Of a DNA stretch of 64,000 nt, positions 28,075 to 43,069 are shown piece by piece. How positions within the stretch are numbered: position 1 is the first letter of the stretch; every line of letters begins with the position of its first letter. Source of the stretch: an uncultured Acidobacteriota bacterium. Lineage in GTDB: Bacteria; Acidobacteriota; Thermoanaerobaculia; UBA5066; Gp7-AA6. Made by a program: the position numbers and the translations under genes. The notes under the pieces are model-generated. The model was not told the origin of the DNA. It did no database searches and saw nothing but the letters and a program-made list of their open reading frames with translations. Where the stretch lies: assembly GCA_963847075.1 (NCBI GenBank), contig CAWJYL010000002.1:663504-727503 (forward strand), written 5' to 3'.

Positions 28075-28586
28075 GACTTGAGCGGCGCTACGAATCGAGC
28101 CAGATCGCCGAACGCGTCGAGGCTGTCGCCGGGGCGATCGATCGGGACCTGCGGGACCGCCCCCTCGTCGTCGTCTCGATCCTCAAGGGCTCCGCCTTCT
28201 TCATGGCCGACCTCGCCCGCAAGATGCGCGCCCCCTTCGCCTGCGAGTACATGCACGTCCGGCGCGCCGAGGGCGCCCGCGAAGTCCTGCAGATCGATTT
28301 CTCGTCGGGCTTCACGGTCCGGCACAAGCACGTGCTGCTCCTTAAGGATGTCGTGCACACGGGCGTCATCGAGACCTACCTCATGGACCACCTGCGGGGC
28401 GGCGGGGCCACCTCGCTGCGCCTGGCCGCGATCGTGGACAAGCCGCTCGAGCGCACGACGAGCATGGCGGTCGACTTTTCGCTCTTTTCCGAGGACACGG
28501 CGGCCACCTTTGCCGGCTACGGGATGGAGCACGAGGGCCTCCACGCCCACCTTCCCGACATCTACGAGGTCGTCCCGGGGCAATAA
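28071..28586 (+). CDS. hpt: hypoxanthine/guanine phosphoribosyltransferase homolog (divergent active site)
   Basis: It aligns to HPRT (ILKGSAFFMADLARKM; PRPP motif VLLLKDVVHTG; DKPLER). Its GTG start overlaps the tilS stop. Confidence 0.7.
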   Translation: MRLERRYESSQIAERVEAVAGAIDRDLRDRPLVVVSILKGSAFFMADLARKMRAPFACEYMHVRRAEGAREVLQIDFSSGFTVRHKHVLLLKDVVHTGVIETYLMDHLRGGGATSLRLAAIVDKPLERTTSMAVDFSLFSEDTAATFAGYGMEHEGLHAHLPDIYEVVPGQ

Positions 28587-28649
28587 TTGGCACCCGAAGT
28601 CCGTTAGACTGGAAGAACGGAGCCATGCCCCGGAAGGAGTAAAGACCCT

Positions 28650-30563
<1,914 letters not shown>

Positions 30564-30658
30564 GAGAGCTGTCAGAGCCGTCAGCTTTCGGCTCTCGGCA
30601 GGGAGACCGCGTTCACCTTCCGCTCTGGCCTACAGTCGATAGCTGATAGCCTATTGCA

Positions 30659-31150
30659 ATGACCATCGCCGACGGCTTTCTCGCGGAATTCGACGCCGAG
30701 ATGAAGACCACGCGGCGCCTGCTCGAGCGGGTGCCGGTCGATCGCCTCGATTGGACACCGCACCCCAGGTCCAGAACCCTCGGCGCCCTGGCGACGCACG
30801 TTACGGAGCTGCCGCGCTGGGGCGAGCGTTTTGCCCAGAAGAGCTTCACGATCGGTTCGACGAAAGCGCCCGAGCTGAAGACGACGGCCGCCTTCCTCGC
30901 GCGCTTCGACGAGAACGTGGCCGCCGGGCGCGCCGGAATCGCAAGCATGCCCGACGAGGGCATGCGAGAGGAGTTCTCGGTCTTTCGGCCCGACGGCTCG
31001 GTCTTCTTCAAGCTCAAGCGCGCCCTCATCCTGCGCAACTTCCTGCTCTCCCATCTCATCCACCACCGCGGCCAGCTCACGGTCTACTTTCGGCAAAACG
31101 ACGTACCGCTTCCGTCCATCTACGGCCCGACCGCCGACGAGGCCGTGTAG
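30659..31150 (+). CDS. DinB-family (DinB_2) metal-dependent four-helix-bundle protein
   Basis: It carries HLIHHRGQL. Confidence 0.75.
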   Translation: MTIADGFLAEFDAEMKTTRRLLERVPVDRLDWTPHPRSRTLGALATHVTELPRWGERFAQKSFTIGSTKAPELKTTAAFLARFDENVAAGRAGIASMPDEGMREEFSVFRPDGSVFFKLKRALILRNFLLSHLIHHRGQLTVYFRQNDVPLPSIYGPTADEAV

Positions 31151-31165
31151 CCCCGGTCCTTTGCG

Positions 31166-31555
31166 ATGCGGGAGGCTGACGGCGGCATCGAGGCTCTCTA
31201 CACAGCCTGGCGCGAGGCATTCCGAAGCCAGGATGTCGAAGCCGTTCTCGGCCTGCTGACGCCGGACTACATTCTCTGGGCGCCGGGGGCGCCGCCCATG
31301 ACCGCCGCCGCACTCCGGCCGCAGCTGGCCGCCGCCATGGCCGCCTACGACGTGGACCCGGCGTTCGAGCGCGAAGAGCGGTTCGTTTCCGGGGATCTCG
31401 CGGTGGACTGCGGCTGGGACGTCCAGACGGTGCGGCGACGCGCCGGAGGCCCGGCCGAGACGCGGCGCCAGCGCGTGGTTCTCGTGCTTCGCCGCGCGCC
31501 GGGTGGCGTGTGGCGGTTCGCGCGGGGCATCACGCAGCCCGGGCCGCCGGCGTGA
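31166..31555 (+). CDS. SnoaL-like / NTF2-fold protein (DUF4440-like)
   Basis: Its size and IEALYTAWREAF...DYILWAPG pattern fit the family. Confidence 0.6.
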   Translation: MREADGGIEALYTAWREAFRSQDVEAVLGLLTPDYILWAPGAPPMTAAALRPQLAAAMAAYDVDPAFEREERFVSGDLAVDCGWDVQTVRRRAGGPAETRRQRVVLVLRRAPGGVWRFARGITQPGPPA

Positions 31556-31604
31556 ATCCGGGGCAAGACCGCAGAGTGATTTTCTCTGCGCGTGGGAGGG
31601 AAAC

Positions 31605-32018
31605 ATGAAGAGGTTTCTGGTCGCCTGGGTCGTGGTGTTCGTCGCCTGGATGGCCGGCAGTTTTGTCGTGCACGGATCGCTGCTTCACGACGACTACGCG
31701 ACCCTTCCCAATCTCTTCCGCACCGAAGCGGACGCGCAGCAGCACTTCCCGCTCATGATCCTGGCCCACGTGCTGCTCGCCGGCGCATTCGTCTGGATCT
31801 ATGCCCGTGGCGTCGAAACGAAGCCCTGGCCCGCTCAGGGAATTCGCTTCGGGCTGGCGGTTGCGCTCCTGACGATCGTGCCCACGTACATGATCTATTA
31901 CGTGGTGCAGCCGCTACCCGGATCGCTCGTGACGAAGCAGATTCTCTTCGACGGCATCCTCATGATCGTTCTCGGCCTCGTCGCGGCCTTCCTCTATCGG
32001 GAGCCCGCCCGCGCGTAG
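31605..32018 (+). CDS. small 4-TM membrane protein (DUF1761-like)
   Basis: GGGAGGG lies 6 nt before the ATG. It has four hydrophobic helices. Confidence 0.5.
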   Translation: MKRFLVAWVVVFVAWMAGSFVVHGSLLHDDYATLPNLFRTEADAQQHFPLMILAHVLLAGAFVWIYARGVETKPWPAQGIRFGLAVALLTIVPTYMIYYVVQPLPGSLVTKQILFDGILMIVLGLVAAFLYREPARA

Positions 32019-32042
32019 CCATCAGAACGCAAGACGTTCCGG

Positions 32043-33050
32043 GTGGAGGGAGATCCTCTGAAGGTCCTCGAAACCGATCGGCTGAGCCTTCGCTGGCTGG
32101 GAATCGAAGACGCGCCGTTTATCTTCGGGCTCGTCAACGAGCCCTCCTGGCTGCGCTTCATCGGCGACAAGGGCGTCCGGACGATGGGCGACGCCCGCCG
32201 CTACATCGTCGACGGGCCCGTCGCGAGCTACGCGCGCTTCGGCTTTGGCCTCTACATGGTGGAGCTCAAGGCGAGCGCAACGCCAATCGGGATATGCGGC
32301 TTGCTTCGCCGGGACGCCCTGAACGATCCGGACGTGGGCTTCGCCTTTCTGCCTGCATACTGGGGAAGCGGCTACGGCTACGAATCCGCCGCGGCCGTTC
32401 TGGCTTTCGGTCGGGAGGCCCTGCGACTGTCGCGCATCGTCGCAATTACCGATCCGGACAATGCGCGTTCCATCCGGCTTCTCAAGAAGCTCGGCCTGCG
32501 CTTCGACCGCATGACCCGCCTTTCCGCCGACGCGCCCGAGGTCGCGCTCTTCTCTCCGGGCGGGTCGATCGCGCTCCGGCGGCTCGACCCGGGGGACGCA
32601 GAGCTCGCCCTGCGGGCCGCGCGCGAACTGAAGATCACGGACCCGGTCCTCCGCGATGCGTTGACGCTCGAGCACGCACGAACATTCCTCGAAAACGCCG
32701 ACAACGTCCTGCTCGTCGCCACCGACGGCGACCGGCCGATCGGATTTCTGCTGGCGTACTGTCTCGACCGGATCGACCGCGACCGGCCGATGATGCTCTT
32801 CTACGAGATCGAGGTGGCGTCGAGCCACCGCCGACGAGGCGTGGGGCGCGCGCTGGTGGAGCGGCTCATCGCGCTTTGTGCCGAGCGCAACGTCCTCAAG
32901 ATGTGGGTGCACACGAACCGGTCGAACTCCGCCGCGATGAGCCTCTATCGCTCGACCGGAGGCGTCCCGGATGCCAGCGGCGACGAGGTCACGTTCCTCT
33001 ACGTTCCGAGCCCCGGACAAGGGGGCGGAACGTCCAAATCGACGGGATAA
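32043..33050 (+). CDS. tandem GNAT N-acetyltransferase (RimJ/RimL-like N-domain plus second GNAT domain)
   Basis: Two acetyl-CoA-binding signatures are present (..AFLPAYWGSGYGYE.. and ..SHRRRGVGRALVE..). Confidence 0.75.
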   Translation: MEGDPLKVLETDRLSLRWLGIEDAPFIFGLVNEPSWLRFIGDKGVRTMGDARRYIVDGPVASYARFGFGLYMVELKASATPIGICGLLRRDALNDPDVGFAFLPAYWGSGYGYESAAAVLAFGREALRLSRIVAITDPDNARSIRLLKKLGLRFDRMTRLSADAPEVALFSPGGSIALRRLDPGDAELALRAARELKITDPVLRDALTLEHARTFLENADNVLLVATDGDRPIGFLLAYCLDRIDRDRPMMLFYEIEVASSHRRRGVGRALVERLIALCAERNVLKMWVHTNRSNSAAMSLYRSTGGVPDASGDEVTFLYVPSPGQGGGTSKSTG

Positions 33051-33060
33051 ACTCCCGCCC

Positions 33061-34215
33061 GTGGAACTTTCGGCCGATCTCGTGATCCCCGCGGCGGACC
33101 CGCCGGCGCTCCGGGAAATCGCCTCCTGGGACGGGTTTCGTCCCGCGACCTTCGCCGCCTCGGAGTTTCCGGTCGACGTTTTGCGCTTCGAGGGGTCGAG
33201 CTCTCCGCCGGTCGTGCTGTCGCGGGCGAGACGCGGTGAAAGCCTGAAAGCACTGCCCGGGAGCCTCCGCTCCCGCGCCGAGGCGGCCTTCGAACGGGCC
33301 GCCCGCAAGCCGCCGTCGCTGCCCCTGGCCCATGGCCGCGCCCTCGACCTCTCCGGCGGACCGGTCGTGATGGGCGTGGTCAACGTGACGCCCGACTCGT
33401 TCTCCGATGGAGGCCTCCACTTCGATCGCGATCGGGCCGTGGAGGCAGCGCTGCGGATGCTGGACGAGGGCGCCGCGATCATCGACGTCGGGGGCGAGTC
33501 GACGCGGCCCGCGAGCTACGGCGAGGCCCGCGAGCTCCCGGTCGCCGAGGAACTCGCGCGCGTGGTGCCGGTCATCGCGGCGATCCGTGCTCGCTCTCAG
33601 GCACCGATCTCGGTCGACACGAGAAAGTCCGCCGTCGCCCGCGAAGCGCTCGCGGCCGGAGCGGATCTCGTCAACGACGTTTCGGCCGGCCGCTTCGACG
33701 GCGCGATGGCGGGCACGATCGCCCAAGCCGGCGCCGCCGCCATCCTGATGCACATGAAGGGGACGGACCCGCGCAGGATGCAGGACGACGTCGGCTACAG
33801 CCACCCACTCGCCGAGATCGCCTCGCTGCTCGCGCGGTCGGCCGAGGCCGCCGTCGCGGCGGGAGTGGCGCCCGAGTCCATCGCGGTCGACCCGGGCCTC
33901 GGCTTCGGCAAGAGCCCGGACGGCAATCTCCTGCTGCTGCGGCACCTGTCCGCTCTGCGTTCGCTCGGATTTCCGATCGCCGTCGGCGCTTCCCGCAAGG
34001 CCTTCATCCGCCGATTCTCGGGCGCAGCGCAGGACTCGCCGCCGGCGGACCGGCTCCCGGGGTCGCTCGCGGCGCTCGCCGCCGCGGCAGGGGCCGGCGC
34101 CGCGATCCTCCGCGTGCACGACGTCGCCGCGTCGGTCCGGTTCCTCCGGATGCTTTCCGCGATCGCCGTCGCGTCGCCGAGCGTACCCGCGCCGGCCGGG
34201 GCGGCCGCTCCGTGA
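33061..34215 (+). CDS. folP: dihydropteroate synthase
   Basis: The core reads LDLSGGPVVMGVVNVTPDSFSDGG, which aligns to E. coli FolP LDLSHPHVMGILNVTPDSFSDGG. The start is uncertain: GTG 33061 gives a roughly 90-aa N-terminal extension. The ORF-track start 32971 overlaps the GNAT gene. Confidence 0.85.
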   Translation: MELSADLVIPAADPPALREIASWDGFRPATFAASEFPVDVLRFEGSSSPPVVLSRARRGESLKALPGSLRSRAEAAFERAARKPPSLPLAHGRALDLSGGPVVMGVVNVTPDSFSDGGLHFDRDRAVEAALRMLDEGAAIIDVGGESTRPASYGEARELPVAEELARVVPVIAAIRARSQAPISVDTRKSAVAREALAAGADLVNDVSAGRFDGAMAGTIAQAGAAAILMHMKGTDPRRMQDDVGYSHPLAEIASLLARSAEAAVAAGVAPESIAVDPGLGFGKSPDGNLLLLRHLSALRSLGFPIAVGASRKAFIRRFSGAAQDSPPADRLPGSLAALAAAAGAGAAILRVHDVAASVRFLRMLSAIAVASPSVPAPAGAAAP

Positions 34216-34997
34216 TCCACGCCCTGACAAGCCGCTTCGGGCCGCTCGCCCATCTGAACTTCGGGTGGCGCGACGCCCTCGACATCGCCATCGTCGCCGT
34301 CATCACCTACGCGCTCCTGCGCTTCATCCGCGGCACGCGCGCCGTTCAGATGGTCCTCGGCCTGATCGCGATCTTCGCGGTATACGTCGTCGCGAACCTG
34401 CTGCACCTGGTCGCCGTCACGACCGTGCTCAAGGCCCTCATCTTCTACGTGCCGTTCGCGATCATCGTGATTTTTTCGCACGAGCTGCGGCGGGCCCTTG
34501 CGGCGTTCGGGCGCACGCCTTTCTTCGCCCTCTTCACCGGCTATCACGCCGAGGAGACCGTCTCGGAAATCGTGCTGGCCGTCACGTCCCTGTCGGCGCG
34601 CCGCGTCGGAGCGCTCATCGTGCTCGAGCGGCGCGAGGGCCTGAAGACCTACGTGGAGAGCGGCTCGATCATGGACGCCGCCGTCTCGTACGAGCTCCTC
34701 GTGACCCTTTTCGCTCCCGGAACGCCGCTCCACGACGGCGCCGTCATCATCGCGCACGACCGCATCGCCGCCGCGGCGAGCTTCCTCCCCCTGTCGCTCA
34801 AGGAAGGCCTTCCCAAGCGGTTCGGTACGCGCCACCGCGCGGCGATCGGCATCTCGGAAGAGACGGATGCCCTGGCGATCCTGGTCTCCGAGGAGCGGGG
34901 AACCATCTCGATCGCCCGCGGGGGCGAGCTGCAGGAAGAGCTGGACGCCAAGTCGTTGCGCGACCTGCTGTTTCGGGAATTCGCGGCGTACAGGTAG
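34212..34997 (+). CDS. cdaA: diadenylate cyclase (c-di-AMP synthase), membrane-anchored
   Basis: It has three N-terminal TM helices and a DAC domain with LHDGAVII and GTRHRAA. Confidence 0.9.
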   Translation: MIHALTSRFGPLAHLNFGWRDALDIAIVAVITYALLRFIRGTRAVQMVLGLIAIFAVYVVANLLHLVAVTTVLKALIFYVPFAIIVIFSHELRRALAAFGRTPFFALFTGYHAEETVSEIVLAVTSLSARRVGALIVLERREGLKTYVESGSIMDAAVSYELLVTLFAPGTPLHDGAVIIAHDRIAAAASFLPLSLKEGLPKRFGTRHRAAIGISEETDALAILVSEERGTISIARGGELQEELDAKSLRDLLFREFAAYR

Positions 34998-35005
34998 GCC
35001 GAACG

Positions 35006-35725
35006 ATGCAGGTCTCGCGCATCCTCTTCCGCAATTTCGGCACGAAGGTCGCGGCCATCGCCATCGCGTGCGTCGCCTGGTACCTCCTCTCCGGAGAGCG
35101 CCGCGAGCGTATTTCGGAACGGAGCTACCGCGTGCCGCTCTCGATCGTCAATGTTCCCGCGCGCACGATGATCGTGCCGCCGCTACCCGACGCGGTGGAC
35201 ATCCGCGTGCGGGGAGCCTTCACGCCGCTGCGCCAGCTCGACCCGGCCAAGCTCGAGGCGGTCGTCGACCTCGCCGATGCGACGCCGGGCGAACGACGGT
35301 ACCCCCTCGTACCGGCGGACATCAACGTTCCACAGGGCATCGAGGTCATCGCGATCTTCCCCGGCGAGATCCGTCTCGTGCTCGACATCGTCGCCGAGAA
35401 GCTGCTGCCGGTCGCTCCCGACATCACGGGACAGCCCGCCCCGGGGGCCCGCGTCGAGGAGGTCGTCGTAGAACCCCGGGTCGGGCGAATCGTCGGGCCC
35501 GCGAAAGCCCTCGCGCGCCTGACGAGCCTGCGCACCGAGCCCATTCCGGTCGAGGGTCGCGACGCGCCGTTCTCCGAGACGACGACCCTGGCGCCGCAGG
35601 GCCCCGGCGTCCGCGTGCAGGCAGGGCAGGCCGTCACGGTCCACGTTCGAATCCTCTCGGCGCCCACACCCGTGCCGACGGTCCGGCCGAAGAAACCGCC
35701 CGGTCGGGGCAAGGGAAAGCCGTGA
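35006..35725 (+). CDS. cdaR: CdaR (YbbR-like domain) regulator of diadenylate cyclase
   Basis: It has an N-terminal TM helix and YbbR-like repeats. The frame upstream of 35006 overlaps cdaA in an alternative frame. Confidence 0.75.
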   Translation: MQVSRILFRNFGTKVAAIAIACVAWYLLSGERRERISERSYRVPLSIVNVPARTMIVPPLPDAVDIRVRGAFTPLRQLDPAKLEAVVDLADATPGERRYPLVPADINVPQGIEVIAIFPGEIRLVLDIVAEKLLPVAPDITGQPAPGARVEEVVVEPRVGRIVGPAKALARLTSLRTEPIPVEGRDAPFSETTTLAPQGPGVRVQAGQAVTVHVRILSAPTPVPTVRPKKPPGRGKGKP

Positions 35726-37047
35726 AGCTCTTTGGAACCGACGGACTGCGCGGGAAAGCGGACGAATTCCCGCTCGACTCCGGCTCGGTGCAATTGCTCG
35801 GACGCGAGCTCGGAAGGCGCCTCGCAGAGGGCGGCTCGCCCCGCGTCGTCTTGGGCGGCGACACGCGCGAATCCACGCCGCGCATCGTGGCGGACCTCGC
35901 GAGGGGGCTCCAGCAAGTCGGTTGCGGCGTCGCATCGGCGGGGGTGATCACGACGCCCGGCGTGGCCGAGCTCGTCCTCGAGCTGGGCGCAAGCGCCGGC
36001 GTCGCCGTCTCCGCGTCGCACAACCCCTACGAGGACAACGGCATCAAGATCTTCGGCCCCGACGGTCGCAAGTGGCCCGACGCCGAAGAAGAAACCCTCG
36101 AAGAAAAGCTTCTCGCATCCCCGCGAACCGGGGCCGTCGCCACCCCGGCGCCGCCCGATCCCGACCCGGGATTGATCGCGACATACCTCTCGCGATTGCG
36201 CGGCAGCGTCCCGGAAAGCCTCGAGGGATTCTCGGTCCTCATGGACGCCGGCAACGGCGCGGCGTTCCAGATCGGCCCGAAGGCGTTTCGCCGCGCCGGC
36301 GCGCGCGTGACTGCGATTCACGACGCGCCCGACGGTCGCAACATCAACCGCGGGTGCGGCGCACTGCACCCGGCGGCGATGGCGGCCGCGGCGCGGGAGT
36401 CGGGAGCGGCGCTGGGCGTCGCGTTCGACGGAGACGCCGACCGGTCGATCTTCGCCGACGAGAACGGCCGCGTCCTCGACGGGGACGACATCCTGTGGGT
36501 CATCGCGAGTGACTGGAAGCGCCGGGGACTGTTGACCGAGGGCGGCGTCGTCGGCACGGTGATGTCCAACTTCGGCCTCGAGGCGGCCCTCACGCGCGAG
36601 GGCATCGCGTTCGGGCGCTCGGCCGTCGGCGACCGCAACGTGGCGCGTCGCATGGACGAGACGGGAGCGGTCCTCGGCGGCGAGACCTCCGGCCACGTCC
36701 TGCTCGCTCCCCTGTCGCCCGCCGGAGACGGCATCCTGACGGCGCTCGTTCTGTCGGCGATCGTCCGGGCGAGCAGCCGCCGGCTCTCCCAGCTCGCCAC
36801 GCTCGACAAGATGCCGCAGACGCTGCGCAACGTGCGCGTTGCCCGACGCATTCCAATCGAGGAAGTCGCCGGAATCCGCGACGCGGTGGCGCGGGCCGAG
36901 GAGTTGCTCCTCGGTCGAGGACGGGTTTTCCTGCGTTATTCCGGAACGGAGCCGCTGCTGCGCATCCTCGTCGAGGGGCCGGACGCGGACGAAGTCTACG
37001 CGACCGCCGACGCGCTCGAGACCGCCGTACGCTCGGGCATCCCGTGA
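35722..37047 (+). CDS. glmM: phosphoglucosamine mutase
   Basis: It reads VKLFGTDGLRGKADE... with the active-site sequence SASHNPYEDNGIKIF. Its GTG start overlaps the cdaR stop as GTGA. Confidence 0.9.
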   Translation: MKLFGTDGLRGKADEFPLDSGSVQLLGRELGRRLAEGGSPRVVLGGDTRESTPRIVADLARGLQQVGCGVASAGVITTPGVAELVLELGASAGVAVSASHNPYEDNGIKIFGPDGRKWPDAEEETLEEKLLASPRTGAVATPAPPDPDPGLIATYLSRLRGSVPESLEGFSVLMDAGNGAAFQIGPKAFRRAGARVTAIHDAPDGRNINRGCGALHPAAMAAAARESGAALGVAFDGDADRSIFADENGRVLDGDDILWVIASDWKRRGLLTEGGVVGTVMSNFGLEAALTREGIAFGRSAVGDRNVARRMDETGAVLGGETSGHVLLAPLSPAGDGILTALVLSAIVRASSRRLSQLATLDKMPQTLRNVRVARRIPIEEVAGIRDAVARAEELLLGRGRVFLRYSGTEPLLRILVEGPDADEVYATADALETAVRSGIP

Positions 37048-37724
37048 AGAACGTCCGCGCCGTCCTCTTCGACGCGGGCGGGACGCTCATCCACGTCGAC
37101 GGCCCGCGTGTTTGTGGCGCGGCCGGCGTCGCCTTCGAGGCCGCGTCCTTCCGGCGCGCGGAAGCCTCGGCCGTGGAAGCCGTGCGCCGGCTCGTCCTGG
37201 CAAAGCCGGAGTCGAAGGACGCCGAGCGAGTCCCGCTCTATTTCGACACGCTGCTCCGCGGCCTCGGCCTGGCGGAGGAGGCACAGCGGAGCCTCGCGGC
37301 CCGTCGCGTGGGAGCCGAGCATGGGAGGTCCAACCTCTGGTCGCGGCGCGCGGCGGGCGCGGCAGAGACACTCGATGCGCTGTGCGGGCGCGGCTACCGC
37401 GTGGCCTGCGTCTCCAACGCCGACGGCAGGGTCCGGGGGCTCCTGGAGGCAGCAGGCCTGACGCCCTTTCTCGAGTTCGTCATCGACTCGGCCGAGGTCG
37501 GAGTCGAGAAGCCCGACCCGAGAATCTTCCGCGCCGCGACCGAGCGCCTCGGCCTCGAGGGCTCGGCGTGCGCGTATGTCGGCGACATCTACGAGATCGA
37601 CGTCATCGGGGCGCAGGGCGCGGGCCTGGCCGGAATTCTCATCGGCGACGCCCCCGCCCCCCCCGCGGTCGTCCGCGTTCCCGACCTTCCGACCCTACTC
37701 CCCCTCTTCCCCGGATTTCAATAG
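37044..37724 (+). CDS. HAD-superfamily hydrolase (motif I FDAGGTL, Gly at D+2)
   Basis: It has VLFDAGGTLI ... VGDIYEID and overlaps the glmM stop. Confidence 0.7.
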   Translation: MKNVRAVLFDAGGTLIHVDGPRVCGAAGVAFEAASFRRAEASAVEAVRRLVLAKPESKDAERVPLYFDTLLRGLGLAEEAQRSLAARRVGAEHGRSNLWSRRAAGAAETLDALCGRGYRVACVSNADGRVRGLLEAAGLTPFLEFVIDSAEVGVEKPDPRIFRAATERLGLEGSACAYVGDIYEIDVIGAQGAGLAGILIGDAPAPPAVVRVPDLPTLLPLFPGFQ

Positions 37725-37767
37725 ACTTCCGCACAACCCGCAACCGCATCCCACAAGGAGGCACAAG

Positions 37768-38310
37768 ATGGTAGGTACCCTGGCCCAACACTGGTGGGTC
37801 GTTCTGCTGCGCGGCATCGCCGCGATTCTCTTCGGCCTGATCGCCCTCTCCCGCCCGGGCATCACGATCGCCGTCCTGGTCCTCTTCTGGGGAGCCTACG
37901 CCCTCGTGGACGGAATCTTCGAGGTCGTGGCGGGCGTGCGCGCGAAGTACGGGTCGCTCATCCTCCTCGGCGTGCTGGGGATCGCCGCCGGTGTCGTCAC
38001 GTTCCTCTGGCCCGCTATCACGGCCGTCGCACTTCTCTACATCATCGCCTTCTGGGCGATCGTGGCCGGCATCCTGCAGATCGCGGCCGCGGTGCGCCTG
38101 CGCAAGGAAATCGAGGGAGAGTGGCTGTGGATGCTGTCGGGAGTCTGCACGGTCATCCTCGGCTTCCTGCTCATCGCCCGCCCCGGCGCCGGCGCCCTGT
38201 CGGTCGTGACGCTGATCGCTTTCTTTGCCATGGCCTGGGGTGTCCTGCTCGTGATCCTGGCGTTCAAGCTGAAGAGTTTCCACGGACGCCTGCAGGCGCG
38301 CGCAGCCTAG
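37768..38310 (+). CDS. HdeD-family (DUF308) membrane protein
   Basis: AAGGAGG lies 7 nt upstream of the ATG. The TM helices show the DUF308 repeat pattern. Confidence 0.75.
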   Translation: MVGTLAQHWWVVLLRGIAAILFGLIALSRPGITIAVLVLFWGAYALVDGIFEVVAGVRAKYGSLILLGVLGIAAGVVTFLWPAITAVALLYIIAFWAIVAGILQIAAAVRLRKEIEGEWLWMLSGVCTVILGFLLIARPGAGALSVVTLIAFFAMAWGVLLVILAFKLKSFHGRLQARAA

Positions 38311-38793
38311 CAGGGTGCTGAAAAATGGATGCGGGCGTCGTGTCCGGCACTTTGCATCCGGCGCCCGATCCAGCCTGCAGCAACTCTCACAGGTTCGCAC
38401 TCCAAGCGGGTGCCGGCAAAGTGCCGGCCACCCTTCGGGTTACGGCGGCGTCGGGCCATCTGCGTCGTCATCGCTCCGAGGTCCTGAGCCGCCCGGGGCG
38501 GCGAAGGATGCTCTCGCATCGCCGTCGTCGCGCTTCCTTGCATCTGACCCAACGGCGCTCGTAACGCCATCCCTCACCCTTTTTCAGCAACCTGCTAGCG
38601 AGGGCGCGGGCGACGTCACCCCGTCAGACTGTCAGCCTGTCGTCCCGAGCGAAGCGAGGGATCCCGGAATTGATCGATCGGTCGCGCGACGGTTCCGGGA
38701 TCCTTCGTCGCCTCGCTCCTCAGGATGACAAGCACCACCCCTACGCGGGCTGACAGGGCGCTGCCCGCATCGGGATGACAGGCGCTTCGCCCA

Positions 38794-39009
38794 TCAGCCC
38801 CATCGCTCGACGTCCGGCGGGATCGCGCCGATGACGTTGGGCTCCTGGAAGATCATCGCCGAGCCGGCAATCGGGACATAGACCGTGTGGTTGCCGGCGG
38901 CCATGTCGACCCGGCATTCGTAGTAGCCGTGCGGCGAGATCGTCATGAGGGTCGCGGGCTTGTTCTTGAAATCGAGCAGGGGGCAGAACAGGATGACTTT
39001 GGAGGGCAT
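38794..39009 (-). CDS. small conserved-looking protein (71 aa) translationally coupled downstream of ligA
   Basis: AAGGAG overlaps the ligA stop, 8 nt before its ATG. It is the same strand and frame as ligA. Confidence 0.5.
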   Translation of the reverse strand: MPSKVILFCPLLDFKNKPATLMTISPHGYYECRVDMAAGNHTVYVPIAGSAMIFQEPNVIGAIPPDVERWG

Positions 39010-39016
39010 CGTCGCG

Positions 39017-43062
<4,046 letters not shown>

Positions 43063-43069
<7 letters not shown>

